Positions 56,409 to 64,000 of a stretch of DNA of 64,000 nucleotides are shown one piece after another (within the stretch, counting starts at the first letter, position 1; the number at the start of each line of letters is the position of its first letter). Source of the stretch: Candidatus Uhrbacteria bacterium (GTDB lineage: Bacteria; Patescibacteriota; Patescibacteriia; UBA9934; GWF2-40-263); contig JACPHU010000006.1 in the NCBI GenBank assembly GCA_016188495.1, forward strand, positions 1,857 to 65,856. Direction: 5' to 3'. Made by a program: the position numbers and the translations under genes. Below the pieces are notes generated by a model, which saw nothing but the letters and a program-made list of their open reading frames with translations, had not been told where the DNA came from and did not search any database.

Positions 56409-57785
56409 ATGGTCAGTAATGTTATTGTCCCCACCGACCATGGTCCTGGGGACGGTGGCAAGGGCGGAGTCGTTCATCGACTTTGTTGCGATCGTCGAGT
56501 CCATACCGTTTTGAAAGAAGGGATGTTTTGCGGTAATCATGGGATCTGTACGGCTACAGGGCAGCGTTATGCCTTTAGTTTGTGGGGATGCGGAACGTTG
56601 GGAGGCGTGAGGACTCACTTTACTCAGCGATTTGTTGCCTCGGCCGTTGGGCTCCTTAATGAAGCGCGAGATTTGCGATATTTATTTGGAATTCATGATC
56701 CCTTTGAGTTGCTTACGATAGACGAACGCACCCTGTTTGCCACGTCTTATCACGGCTTCATGTCGCGTCTGAAGGAACTTGCTCTGGGGAAGAATCCGCG
56801 CGGGACCGTTGGCACAGGAGCAGGCGCTGGTTATCGCGATGCGCAGCGAGTTCCGGAACTGGCTCTTTATGCTCGAGATTTGTCACGACCGGATTTGAGA
56901 GATCGTCTCGCTGCTGTTCGTGAACAGGTTATTCGTGATCTGGAGCCGATCATTCAGAATGGGTTTCTTCCGGAGGATCAGGAAGCAGCCGATCAAGAGA
57001 TCAGTCATCTGTATGATGATGGATTTCTCGAGTATGTTGTGGATCAATTCCGGCAGGTAGCACGTCTGGTCAAAGTCGTGGGGCCTGAATATCTGGGTCA
57101 AGAGATTCTTTCCAAAGACGGCGTTGTCGTCGTGGAAAAGTCTCACGGCATTCTGACGGACCATTATCAGGGTTTCCATCCGCACACCAGTGCGATTCGG
57201 ACATTGCCGTCTTTCACGCGCTCAATGCTCGAAGAGGCTGAGTACCGCGGACGGATCACGGATATTGCGGTGCATCGGGCGTATCAAATCCGTCACGGTG
57301 CAGGACCCATGCCAACGCATGATCCTGCCATGGGCGAGCACTTGTTGCCTGGCAGCAACAAGGATGAAAATCGCTACCAGGGCAAGGTCCGCGTGGGACC
57401 GCTTGATCTGGTGATGCTACGCTACGCCCTTGCCTGTGCGGGCCCTATGAACGGCCTCGCCCTCACTTGGTTTGATCAGGTTCAGCTCAACGGCGAGTGG
57501 AACATTTGTCACCGTTACCGTGGGGCAGATGATCCACGATTCTTTACACCAGAGGGCGAGATCAAGGTTCGACAGGGGGATGACGAAGATCAGCTTGCTC
57601 ACCAAGAAGCTCTTGGCAAAGCGTTGCTGGAAGTCACTCCTGAGATCACGACCTACCCAATCTCCAAGAACGCTTCGCGCGAAGAGCTGTACAAACTGTG
57701 TACGGACATCCTTCAGGAACATCTTGGAATCCCCGTAAGAATGATTTCGTTTGGCCCTACCGAACGAGACAAACTTTGCAAATAA
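56409..57785 (+). CDS. island gene E: highly divergent adenylosuccinate synthetase (PurA)-family protein
   Basis: It aligns by eye to PurA landmarks. VIVPTDHGPGDGGKGGVVHRL corresponds to VVLGTQWGDEGKGKIVDLL. GTVGTGAGAGYRDAQRV corresponds to GTTGRGIGPAYEDKVAR. EKSHGILTDHYQGFHPHTSA corresponds to [21 protein letters not shown]. The C-terminal ISFGPTERD corresponds to ISTGPDRTE. Several catalytic positions are altered. Confidence 0.7.
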   Translation: MVSNVIVPTDHGPGDGGKGGVVHRLCCDRRVHTVLKEGMFCGNHGICTATGQRYAFSLWGCGTLGGVRTHFTQRFVASAVGLLNEARDLRYLFGIHDPFELLTIDERTLFATSYHGFMSRLKELALGKNPRGTVGTGAGAGYRDAQRVPELALYARDLSRPDLRDRLAAVREQVIRDLEPIIQNGFLPEDQEAADQEISHLYDDGFLEYVVDQFRQVARLVKVVGPEYLGQEILSKDGVVVVEKSHGILTDHYQGFHPHTSAIRTLPSFTRSMLEEAEYRGRITDIAVHRAYQIRHGAGPMPTHDPAMGEHLLPGSNKDENRYQGKVRVGPLDLVMLRYALACAGPMNGLALTWFDQVQLNGEWNICHRYRGADDPRFFTPEGEIKVRQGDDEDQLAHQEALGKALLEVTPEITTYPISKNASREELYKLCTDILQEHLGIPVRMISFGPTERDKLCK

Positions 57786-57789
57786 AAAC

Positions 57790-57830
57790 GACCCGAGCAG
57801 TCACGACGACCGCTCGGGTTTTTCTTTTTT
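57790..57830 (+). terminator. intrinsic terminator ending the island
   Basis: The hairpin cccgagc/gctcggg is followed by a T5 run, then an AT-rich tract. Confidence 0.7.
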
Positions 57831-57859
57831 CTTCATCCCTTTACTACTCTACTACTTTG

Positions 57860-59743
57860 CTACTCACTACCTTTTTCTTTGGATACTTTCGGCAGAAAAA
57901 CATTTCTTACAAATAATTTCGTTGCTGTCTGTCGATATCCGGAATCCCAGAACATGCTTTGCCCATCAATCTGATCGGCATGGGGTGTTTGGATGCCTCC
58001 ATACGAAGGAAAAAAGCGTTCATATCCTTTGTGCATCAAACGGTATTGCAGGGTGTCGCGTTCTAATTCTTCCAAGTAGAGACCTCTGGCTTGGCGGCCA
58101 TGAATGGCGTTTGTCGGATCATCCGTCAAATAAGGCACCAGCAGTTTTTTACGCATGTCTTGTATGGCCCGCGTGTTACCTTCCCAAGCTGCTCCAAAAA
58201 GAACATGCGTCCAGGAACGTTCGCCCATGAACGGTTCAGATGTTTTTAGATCATTGCGAATCGTGAGCGTGTCTCCAGAGGTTTCAAGCCAAAATTGCAC
58301 AGCATCTCCTTCGATTCGTTCGTGAATAAATATGCGTTTCAGAAGATTTCGTATCTCTTCTTTTTGTTCCATCGGCGTTCCGGGTTTAACAAACACCGCG
58401 ACATCGATGTCGGAGTTTTGTGAACCGTATTTAAGCCTTGATCCAAATAAGAGAATAATAGGATAAACATATTTGGACAGTTCAGGATCTTTTTCTATGG
58501 CATGCGCGATATCGTTTATCTCGCGCAATTCTTTTTTCATCAGTTTGAGATTTTCAGAAAATGGTCCCTCGAGTGTGGGTAGAGAGATGTCTAACACACG
58601 AAGTTCTTTTTCATCCACCACATCTAGGCGATAGAGCCGGCGGAATGTTTTAGAAAGAGACTCTCGCAGATCAAAGGTTTCCTGTTCCTTCCAAAGATTT
58701 ATGAGGGTTCCATGGAACTGTTCGTACATTCTTTTTGCTTTTTCTGTATCCGTGTGCGCGATTTCTTCGATGGCTTTTCGGATTCCTTCAACGAGCGCTT
58801 TCTGGGTTTCAAGATGTACGTCTGGCGCAAGAAAGGCCTTTGCTGTTTCTTCACCAAACGTTTGGGTGACGACGACTGTTTTGATTCCCTCGCTCACTGC
58901 TTCGATAGATTTTCGTTTTTTTTCCTGTCTCATCCATGCCGTACGTTTTTTTGTTTCATATTCTTCTGTATCAATTTGCGCAAAGTCTCGTCCTAGACGC
59001 GCTTGGATTGATTCTAAGGTGATGGGTTTGATTTCCGGGATTTCTTTTTTTAGTGATTGAGTCTCTTGGGGAAAAAATCCTAGATCTGCCAACACAGGGA
59101 GTGTCTCTGTAATACTTTGTTTTAAGATGTTGTCTTCCGTCGTCTCTTTGAGGTCTGACACTTCCTGTGTTGTCATGAGACCTTTTTCAACAAGTTTTGG
59201 AATCAGGTGCGCCGCTTTCACGACCCGCGGAAGATCTCCGGTGCGCAGTTCTACTTCCATCACGTCACCATCCACAAAATTCGCACGAACATCCTGGATA
59301 CTCAACAATCGTTTCCACGTGTTCATGTAGACGTCTTTGAATCGTTCCATGGCGGGACGAAGAGTATCTGATGCAGGTTTCCAACTTGAATCAGGAAGAA
59401 ATTCAAAAGGGAGATACAAAAGGATTCGTCTATATTCAGGATAGGTTTCAAGAAGATCACTTACTGAAGTATAGAGATCCTCGATTTGGCCTTCTGTCAG
59501 GCAATGCTGTTCGACGGCTTCTTGAAGCGAAACATCGGGTCGTGGAAGACGATCTATCACAACCGTTAGCCGTTCATTGAGAACTCTGCGCGATTCTAAT
59601 TCCCCTAGAAATTCTTTGTTGTGTGAGAGCTCTTTAGCCCAGGTGTTTTCAAGCCCTGTTGGACGCAAAAAGGTCTCAATCGCCGGAGAAACCACAGGGA
59701 TTTTAGGTTCCATTTCAGCTCTTTGTTCTAAATTTTCTTTCAT
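57860..59743 (-). CDS. large hypothetical protein with a C-terminal Pol-beta-superfamily nucleotidyltransferase domain
   Basis: The NTase signature is LLFGSRLKYGSQNSDIDVAVFV (GS...DxD). Codon usage is backbone-like. The N-terminal ~430 aa is helical and of unknown function. Confidence 0.7.
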   Translation of the reverse strand: MKENLEQRAEMEPKIPVVSPAIETFLRPTGLENTWAKELSHNKEFLGELESRRVLNERLTVVIDRLPRPDVSLQEAVEQHCLTEGQIEDLYTSVSDLLETYPEYRRILLYLPFEFLPDSSWKPASDTLRPAMERFKDVYMNTWKRLLSIQDVRANFVDGDVMEVELRTGDLPRVVKAAHLIPKLVEKGLMTTQEVSDLKETTEDNILKQSITETLPVLADLGFFPQETQSLKKEIPEIKPITLESIQARLGRDFAQIDTEEYETKKRTAWMRQEKKRKSIEAVSEGIKTVVVTQTFGEETAKAFLAPDVHLETQKALVEGIRKAIEEIAHTDTEKAKRMYEQFHGTLINLWKEQETFDLRESLSKTFRRLYRLDVVDEKELRVLDISLPTLEGPFSENLKLMKKELREINDIAHAIEKDPELSKYVYPIILLFGSRLKYGSQNSDIDVAVFVKPGTPMEQKEEIRNLLKRIFIHERIEGDAVQFWLETSGDTLTIRNDLKTSEPFMGERSWTHVLFGAAWEGNTRAIQDMRKKLLVPYLTDDPTNAIHGRQARGLYLEELERDTLQYRLMHKGYERFFPSYGGIQTPHADQIDGQSMFWDSGYRQTATKLFVRNVFLPKVSKEKGSE

Positions 59744-59959
59744 AAGTACCTTAAAAATACTCTAAATACGGATCTTTTTCAATAAAAACACCCCGAAACA
59801 CGTCGGGGTTTTTCTATTGACAAAATGGCTATTTTATGGTACTTTATATCGTCTTTTGGGAGGTTTTTGGATCGATTGGTCCTTTAACTCTCTTTATGAC
59901 GCAATAAGTTTTTCGTTTTCGTTTCAGTTTTTTCAACGCACAATCTGGAGGAAGTACCC

Positions 59960-60890
59960 ATGGATCCACGAGAACTCACAGACAACGAACGCCGTCTCGC
60001 CGTACCCGAAGAGAAGCGAACCGGGATTATCCTGCTCATCAAGCAGGTATTGCTCCTGGATACTCTGGAGCAAGCAGCTTCTTTCTTCGTTGCTCTGCGC
60101 GGTCGCGCCGAAGGGCGAGTTGTGCTGACCTTCGGAGAACTTCGCACCTTGGCCAACACCGCCAAGATCGTTCAGGCGGGTGCGAAAGCGGGTATCGAGG
60201 ATGTGGAGAGCCAGGCAGTGGATTTTGCCGACGTCCTGGCCTCTATCGCTGATCCCAACATGCCCATCTGCGAGAAATGTCACCGCTATGCGGTTGACGT
60301 GGAAGGCAGTGTTGTCACCCTTATCAAGGGAGTTCGTTGCCCCCGGTCTTTACGAGATCAGTGACCTGGTTCGCGACGCTCTGGAACAGGAGGGACTCAA
60401 GACCGAGGAAGGGGAGATTAATGTGGCTCACTTCCTCATGTATCTGGCCCATGATCCTTCCGTCGCTTCCCGTTTCCGAGGCAAGGACGAGGTGCTCGTA
60501 TCATTGGGTAGGCCGAGTATGTTCGGAGCCTATGATCTGACCTCGGTTCGCGCCGAAGTGAGGAAGGGGTGGAAGCCCACCTTTGGCAACGAGACGCCGC
60601 CTCCCGTTCAGAAGAAGGCGAGTTCCGGTGCTCCTCTTTCTCTGACTCGGGAACAGATAAAGATTTTGAGGAAGATCCTCGGTGAGCTAATCTATGATCC
60701 CTCTGCCATCAGAATGGTCGTCGAAGACGCAGGTCTTATCGTATGGAGGATTGAGATAAGCGGAGTGCCAGAAATAATTTGGGAGAACATCATCAAGGAG
60801 GCAGACAAAGAGGTGCGTCTGCGTGCTTTGATCGAGACGCTCAGTGAGCGTTACCCCGCCAATCAGACGCTGAAGTCTTTTCTCAACTGA
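59960..60890 (+). CDS. GC-rich hypothetical protein with a C-terminal effector-associated-domain-like (EAD-like) module, interrupted by a frameshift in a C5 homopolymer (60340-60344)
   Basis: A GGAGGAAG RBS is present. The upstream frame ends ...LIKGVRCP. The downstream frame continues GLYEISDLVRDALEQEGL with no start codon. The C-terminal part SLTREQIKILRKILGELIYDPSAIRMVVEDAGLIVWRIEISGVPEIIWENIIKEADKEVRLRALIETLSERYPAN fits the EAD-style pattern. Confidence 0.5.
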
Positions 60891-60909
60891 GGGAGACTTC
60901 ACGATACGA

Positions 60910-60938
60910 GCAGGATCTACGAAGATCCTGCTTTTTTA
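60910..60938. terminator. bidirectional intrinsic terminator
   Basis: The hairpin gcaggatct/agatcctgc is followed by a T6 run. It lies between convergent genes. Confidence 0.7.
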
Positions 60939-62011
60939 TTCTCACATTTTTTTACGATTTTTCCTTTGGTCAAAATGCCTGATTTGTAGAGTTCAAGAAG
61001 TCCTAACAATGCGGCTAAAATGGTTGGGCCGGCGATGGAGCCGACGGCACCGAACGAGGCGAGGCCTCCCAGGACGCTCAAAAGGACCAGAAAGGAATTC
61101 ATGTGCGCTTTGCCGCCGATCAGGTGCGGACCCACGACGTTGTCGATGGTACTGACAAAGACAAGAGACCAAATCAAAAGACCAAGAGCGGCTCCTGTTG
61201 AACCGGTAAAAAAGAGATAGGCAATGGCGGGGATCAATACGATCGATGTTCCCAGAAGTGGGACAAGACCAACCAGTGCTGTGAGGGCTCCCCAAATAAG
61301 CGAACCGGGAACTCCGAAGATGGTCATTCCAAGTCCGGCGATGAATCCTTGGATGATCGCCACAAGCATGACGCCAAACACCACAGAGCGAATGGTGTTC
61401 ACGATACGTTTGAGGAGTTTTTCATCCGCTCCATCTTCTAACGGTGAGAGAGCGAGAACGTCTTTATAGAGTTTGTCTCGATTCACCAGAATGTAATAGA
61501 GCGATAAGAAGAAAATAAACGCGTGCAAAATGAGTTTGGTCGTGCTTGAAAAAAGATTACCGACATTTTCAAACGCCCAGGAGGCGATAGATTTCCCCAT
61601 CTGCGCTAGATCGATTTCCATCAGTTCTTTTTGTACAGGAGCAGGAAGGGCTTGAATCAACGGGGAAGTCGCGGGATTGAGTTTTTCAAGCCAGCTTGTG
61701 TCATCAAAAGATGTCTTAATCAGATCAGAGGCTTGTGTGACCATGAGAAAAAGGGTGATAAGCAATGGAATGAAGATTAAGAAAAATGTTCCAAGCACAA
61801 GCAGGATCGCTGAAAAACGAGGACGTTTCAGCCAGACTCGAAGTTTCCGGTCAATCGGTGACAAAATAACGGCTACCACTCCGGCAATCAGCAGAACTAA
61901 GATAAATGGCTGAATGACTCGCCAAAATAAATAAAGCACGACGGCGGTTACCAGAAGAAAAAACCATTTTTCAATCGTCATGTGCTCAGGAAGTTGTTTT
62001 GTCATAGTCAT
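60917..62011 (-). CDS. AI-2E family transporter (PerM-like permease)
   Basis: It has eight hydrophobic helices. The family-typical N-terminus is FLLVTAVVLYLFWRVIQPFILVLLIAGVVAVILSP. C-terminal GxxxG-rich helices are present. Confidence 0.75.
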   Translation of the reverse strand: MTMTKQLPEHMTIEKWFFLLVTAVVLYLFWRVIQPFILVLLIAGVVAVILSPIDRKLRVWLKRPRFSAILLVLGTFFLIFIPLLITLFLMVTQASDLIKTSFDDTSWLEKLNPATSPLIQALPAPVQKELMEIDLAQMGKSIASWAFENVGNLFSSTTKLILHAFIFFLSLYYILVNRDKLYKDVLALSPLEDGADEKLLKRIVNTIRSVVFGVMLVAIIQGFIAGLGMTIFGVPGSLIWGALTALVGLVPLLGTSIVLIPAIAYLFFTGSTGAALGLLIWSLVFVSTIDNVVGPHLIGGKAHMNSFLVLLSVLGGLASFGAVGSIAGPTILAALLGLLELYKSGILTKGKIVKKCENKKAGSS

Positions 62012-62037
62012 TCTAGTTTACCTTTTTTAAAGGAATC

Positions 62038-62064
62038 AAAAAACCCGTACGTGTGTACGGGTTT
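62038..62064 (-). terminator. intrinsic terminator (minus strand)
   Basis: The hairpin cccgtacg/tgtacggg has a T5 run on the minus strand. Confidence 0.6.
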
Positions 62065-62075
62065 GCGTAGGAACT

Positions 62076-63758
62076 TTAAGGTTGTGTACTTGCACCCATA
62101 AGGTGTGATTGTGTGTTGGTACAGGAATTTTGCCAGAGCATCTGAATCTGCGCGCACATGTTTTCAATCTCGGTAGACGTAGTTTGGGTTGTCTGGATTT
62201 TTTCCCCTCGCAACCAAGCGAACGTCTGTTCTCGAGTTTCAAACGGTCCGTATACCTGATTGGTGCCAGAGTCGACGAACACCGTTGCCACCACCCTGGC
62301 ATAATCAGCTGGTGTGATGGAGAGCATCCAGAAGAGATGATCCTGACCGTCTGGGGTCACTGGACGCGGTTCAATAATGCGATAGGTTCCGCTGGAGTTT
62401 GCTCCTTCCCCTTCATGCCAGACGTAGTTGGGAAGAGCTTTCACGTACGAGATCACCTTTTTGGGTCCTTGCAGATTGCTCGGACGCCCTTCTTTGTCAT
62501 AGCGATAGACTTGTCGCTTGCCGGTTTTGCTGTTGATCAGATACACCCGCATGAGGGAGAACGCCTCCCCGTCGGGTTCTACGGTGGCAAGATAACTGTA
62601 ACTGCCATTTTCCATGGGAAGGAAGAACGGCATTTGCTCTTTTCCCGGAAGATCCGGAATTTCGATTTTCCCCGGACGTCGGATAAACCCGTACCACATT
62701 TGTTCCAAGAAGCTTTCGCCGACATCGTATCGTTCTGAGTAGATGTAGGTTTCCGCTAATTTTTCAGGGAACAGTCGTTGTGTACGAGACAGACGATCAT
62801 CGGATGCTGCTTTTGTGGGAGACAGATTTTCTACCGAGCCGTCTGCATGGAAGATCGCCACCCCGCCCCATTGCGGGATCATCAGACCCCACCAAAAACG
62901 ATAAGAGATATACGGAACCACACCAAGGATTTCCTGGACAGATCCATCTGTCTTATACACCGGGGCATAATAGATTTCAGGATAACTGTTGAGAAATCCA
63001 ACCTTTCGTATCAATTGGCGGTAGACGTCGTCTAGAACCTCCATTCCCTCGCCCCATTGGAACGGGGCGCTGGAGAGCGTCTTTACTCGTTGGGCAGCTT
63101 CGTCTGTCCCGCCATCATCGTAGTACATAAACCCTGTGTTGTGTTCAAACAGAGCATTGTACAAACCTTGGGGAACCAGAGGGGCGATATAGGCCACGCC
63201 CGTGCTGCTTCCAATAGGTCTGGTTTTTCCTGGGGTGAACTGGGAAGTTTGTGTGCGGCGCACGATTTCTTCTGCTGCCACTTGCGCAGGAGTGTAACGG
63301 ACAAGTGCATTTGAAACACGAGGAAGTGTATCGATTTCCTCAAATTGGGCATCTTTGTGGATCTGCACCCAACGCGCACCGCCTGAAAAGGCAATGACGA
63401 GAGCTGCGGCTAGCACAGAAGCCAATATCGAACTTCCGACGATAGGACTGAAGTAACCTCTCCACCCTTCTTCGGGAAAGATATATCTACGCAGAAAGCG
63501 GAAGGCCACATACAGCGTGAGCAACCCTGCAATCCACATCGGGGCTTTGAGAAAAGCGATTTCAAACACCCAGTGGTGCACCCATACCGGAGCTATTTGA
63601 TAGATCAGGAACAGACACACGCTCAACGGGATCATCATCCCTACATAATTAGCGAACAGAAATCGCATGAGACGATGAAACGTCGTTTTTTGCGTGTAGT
63701 GCTTCTCGACGTCTTTCTTGATACGTCTCATGATTTGCCACAGATCAAACGGACTCAT
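62076..63758 (-). CDS. hypothetical integral membrane protein with a large C-terminal soluble domain (560 aa)
   Basis: It is a long uninterrupted ORF with N-terminal TM helices (MMIPLSVCLFLIY, WIAGLLTLYVAF, ILASVLAAALVIAF). A terminator follows downstream. Confidence 0.6.
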   Translation of the reverse strand: MSPFDLWQIMRRIKKDVEKHYTQKTTFHRLMRFLFANYVGMMIPLSVCLFLIYQIAPVWVHHWVFEIAFLKAPMWIAGLLTLYVAFRFLRRYIFPEEGWRGYFSPIVGSSILASVLAAALVIAFSGGARWVQIHKDAQFEEIDTLPRVSNALVRYTPAQVAAEEIVRRTQTSQFTPGKTRPIGSSTGVAYIAPLVPQGLYNALFEHNTGFMYYDDGGTDEAAQRVKTLSSAPFQWGEGMEVLDDVYRQLIRKVGFLNSYPEIYYAPVYKTDGSVQEILGVVPYISYRFWWGLMIPQWGGVAIFHADGSVENLSPTKAASDDRLSRTQRLFPEKLAETYIYSERYDVGESFLEQMWYGFIRRPGKIEIPDLPGKEQMPFFLPMENGSYSYLATVEPDGEAFSLMRVYLINSKTGKRQVYRYDKEGRPSNLQGPKKVISYVKALPNYVWHEGEGANSSGTYRIIEPRPVTPDGQDHLFWMLSITPADYARVVATVFVDSGTNQVYGPFETREQTFAWLRGEKIQTTQTTSTEIENMCAQIQMLWQNSCTNTQSHLMGASTQP

Positions 63759-64000
63759 GGTTCTCCTCCCTCAGTTGATTGAGCATGTTGATTCGTTTAG
63801 ACATGTCCGGATGACTCAAGAGAAGTTCATCCATTCTGTTTCTCTGCAGATGGTCCAAAAGGGTTTTCTTTCTTTTGGGTTCATTGGTTTCATGCCAAGT
63901 CCTCATTTTTTTGAAGGCACTAATCATCGGTTCAACATCTTCTGTGAGATACGCACTGTAGGCATCGGCGGCATATTCTCGCAGTTGGGTAATGCCTGCG
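63745..64000 (-). CDS. 3' end of a minus-strand gene continuing beyond the window (hypothetical)
   Basis: The reading frame is open from the window edge to the stop at 63745. It overlaps the downstream gene start by 14 nt. Confidence 0.35.
   Translation of the reverse strand, partial: AGITQLREYAADAYSAYLTEDVEPMISAFKKMRTWHETNEPKRKKTLLDHLQRNRMDELLLSHPDMSKRINMLNQLREENHESV

Noticed and set aside
56409-57785. Calling the PurA-like gene the housekeeping purA
   Set aside because: Key catalytic-site blocks are altered. The gene sits in a compositionally foreign island. Treating it as canonical purA would be unsupported.
60180-60344. N-terminal part of the ORF-track protein 60180-60890 (MRKRVSRMWRARQW...)
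   Set aside because: This segment is out-of-frame read-through over the 3' end of the 59960 gene. The real protein enters this frame only after the C5 tract at 60340-60344.
62109-62738. 209-aa plus-strand ORF
   Set aside because: It is antisense within the continuous 560-aa minus-strand membrane-protein gene. No RBS.

Overview
This window is a 64 kb chromosomal segment whose backbone is about 43-50% GC with AT-rich codon third positions. The transcription block rpoB (3' part) and rpoC (1-6.1 kb) anchors the left end.

To the right are housekeeping genes: two TrmB-family regulators, an HD phosphohydrolase, a fused coaD-coaE ORF, yebC, ruvC, the out-of-context set KH-protein/pyrD/trmD, rlmN, rpsP, smc (short, no hinge), nrnA, clpP, arfB, ribE-ribH and rseP.

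The RNA genes are tRNA-Gly, tRNA-Pro, tRNA-Ile, tRNA-Phe and a stand-alone minus-strand 16S rRNA with no 23S/5S behind it.

Two sensor kinase/CheY-like receiver pairs are present (one kinase carries an FNR-like flavin domain). A secretin-less type IV pilus/pseudopilus cluster lies downstream: pilB, frameshifted pilC, four prepilin-type minor pilins (one with an LVIVD beta-propeller), pilM and two tandem major pilin paralogs.

The accessory content is dense. The outstanding feature is a five-gene plus-strand island (51.3-57.8 kb) of unknown proteins. It has a much higher GC and GC3 than the backbone, its own consensus sigma70 promoter, and ends with a highly divergent adenylosuccinate-synthetase-family enzyme.

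Other accessory features are a HicAB module bracketed by twin palindromic hairpins and three dispersed repeat families (a MITE-like TIR element, a conserved GC hairpin, and a 48-nt unit that flanks ribE-ribH in inverted orientation). A 1.45 kb ORF-poor structured region lies downstream of a perfect promoter. There are also two promoter-to-terminator sRNA-like loci and a GC-rich EAD-like gene broken by a C5 homopolymer frameshift.

Unlinked rRNA, the pilus system, archaeal-type regulators and the gene fusions suggest a reduced Patescibacteria/CPR-like or similar genome, but that is inference. All calls rest on reading the sequence and the ORF track; no database searches were run.
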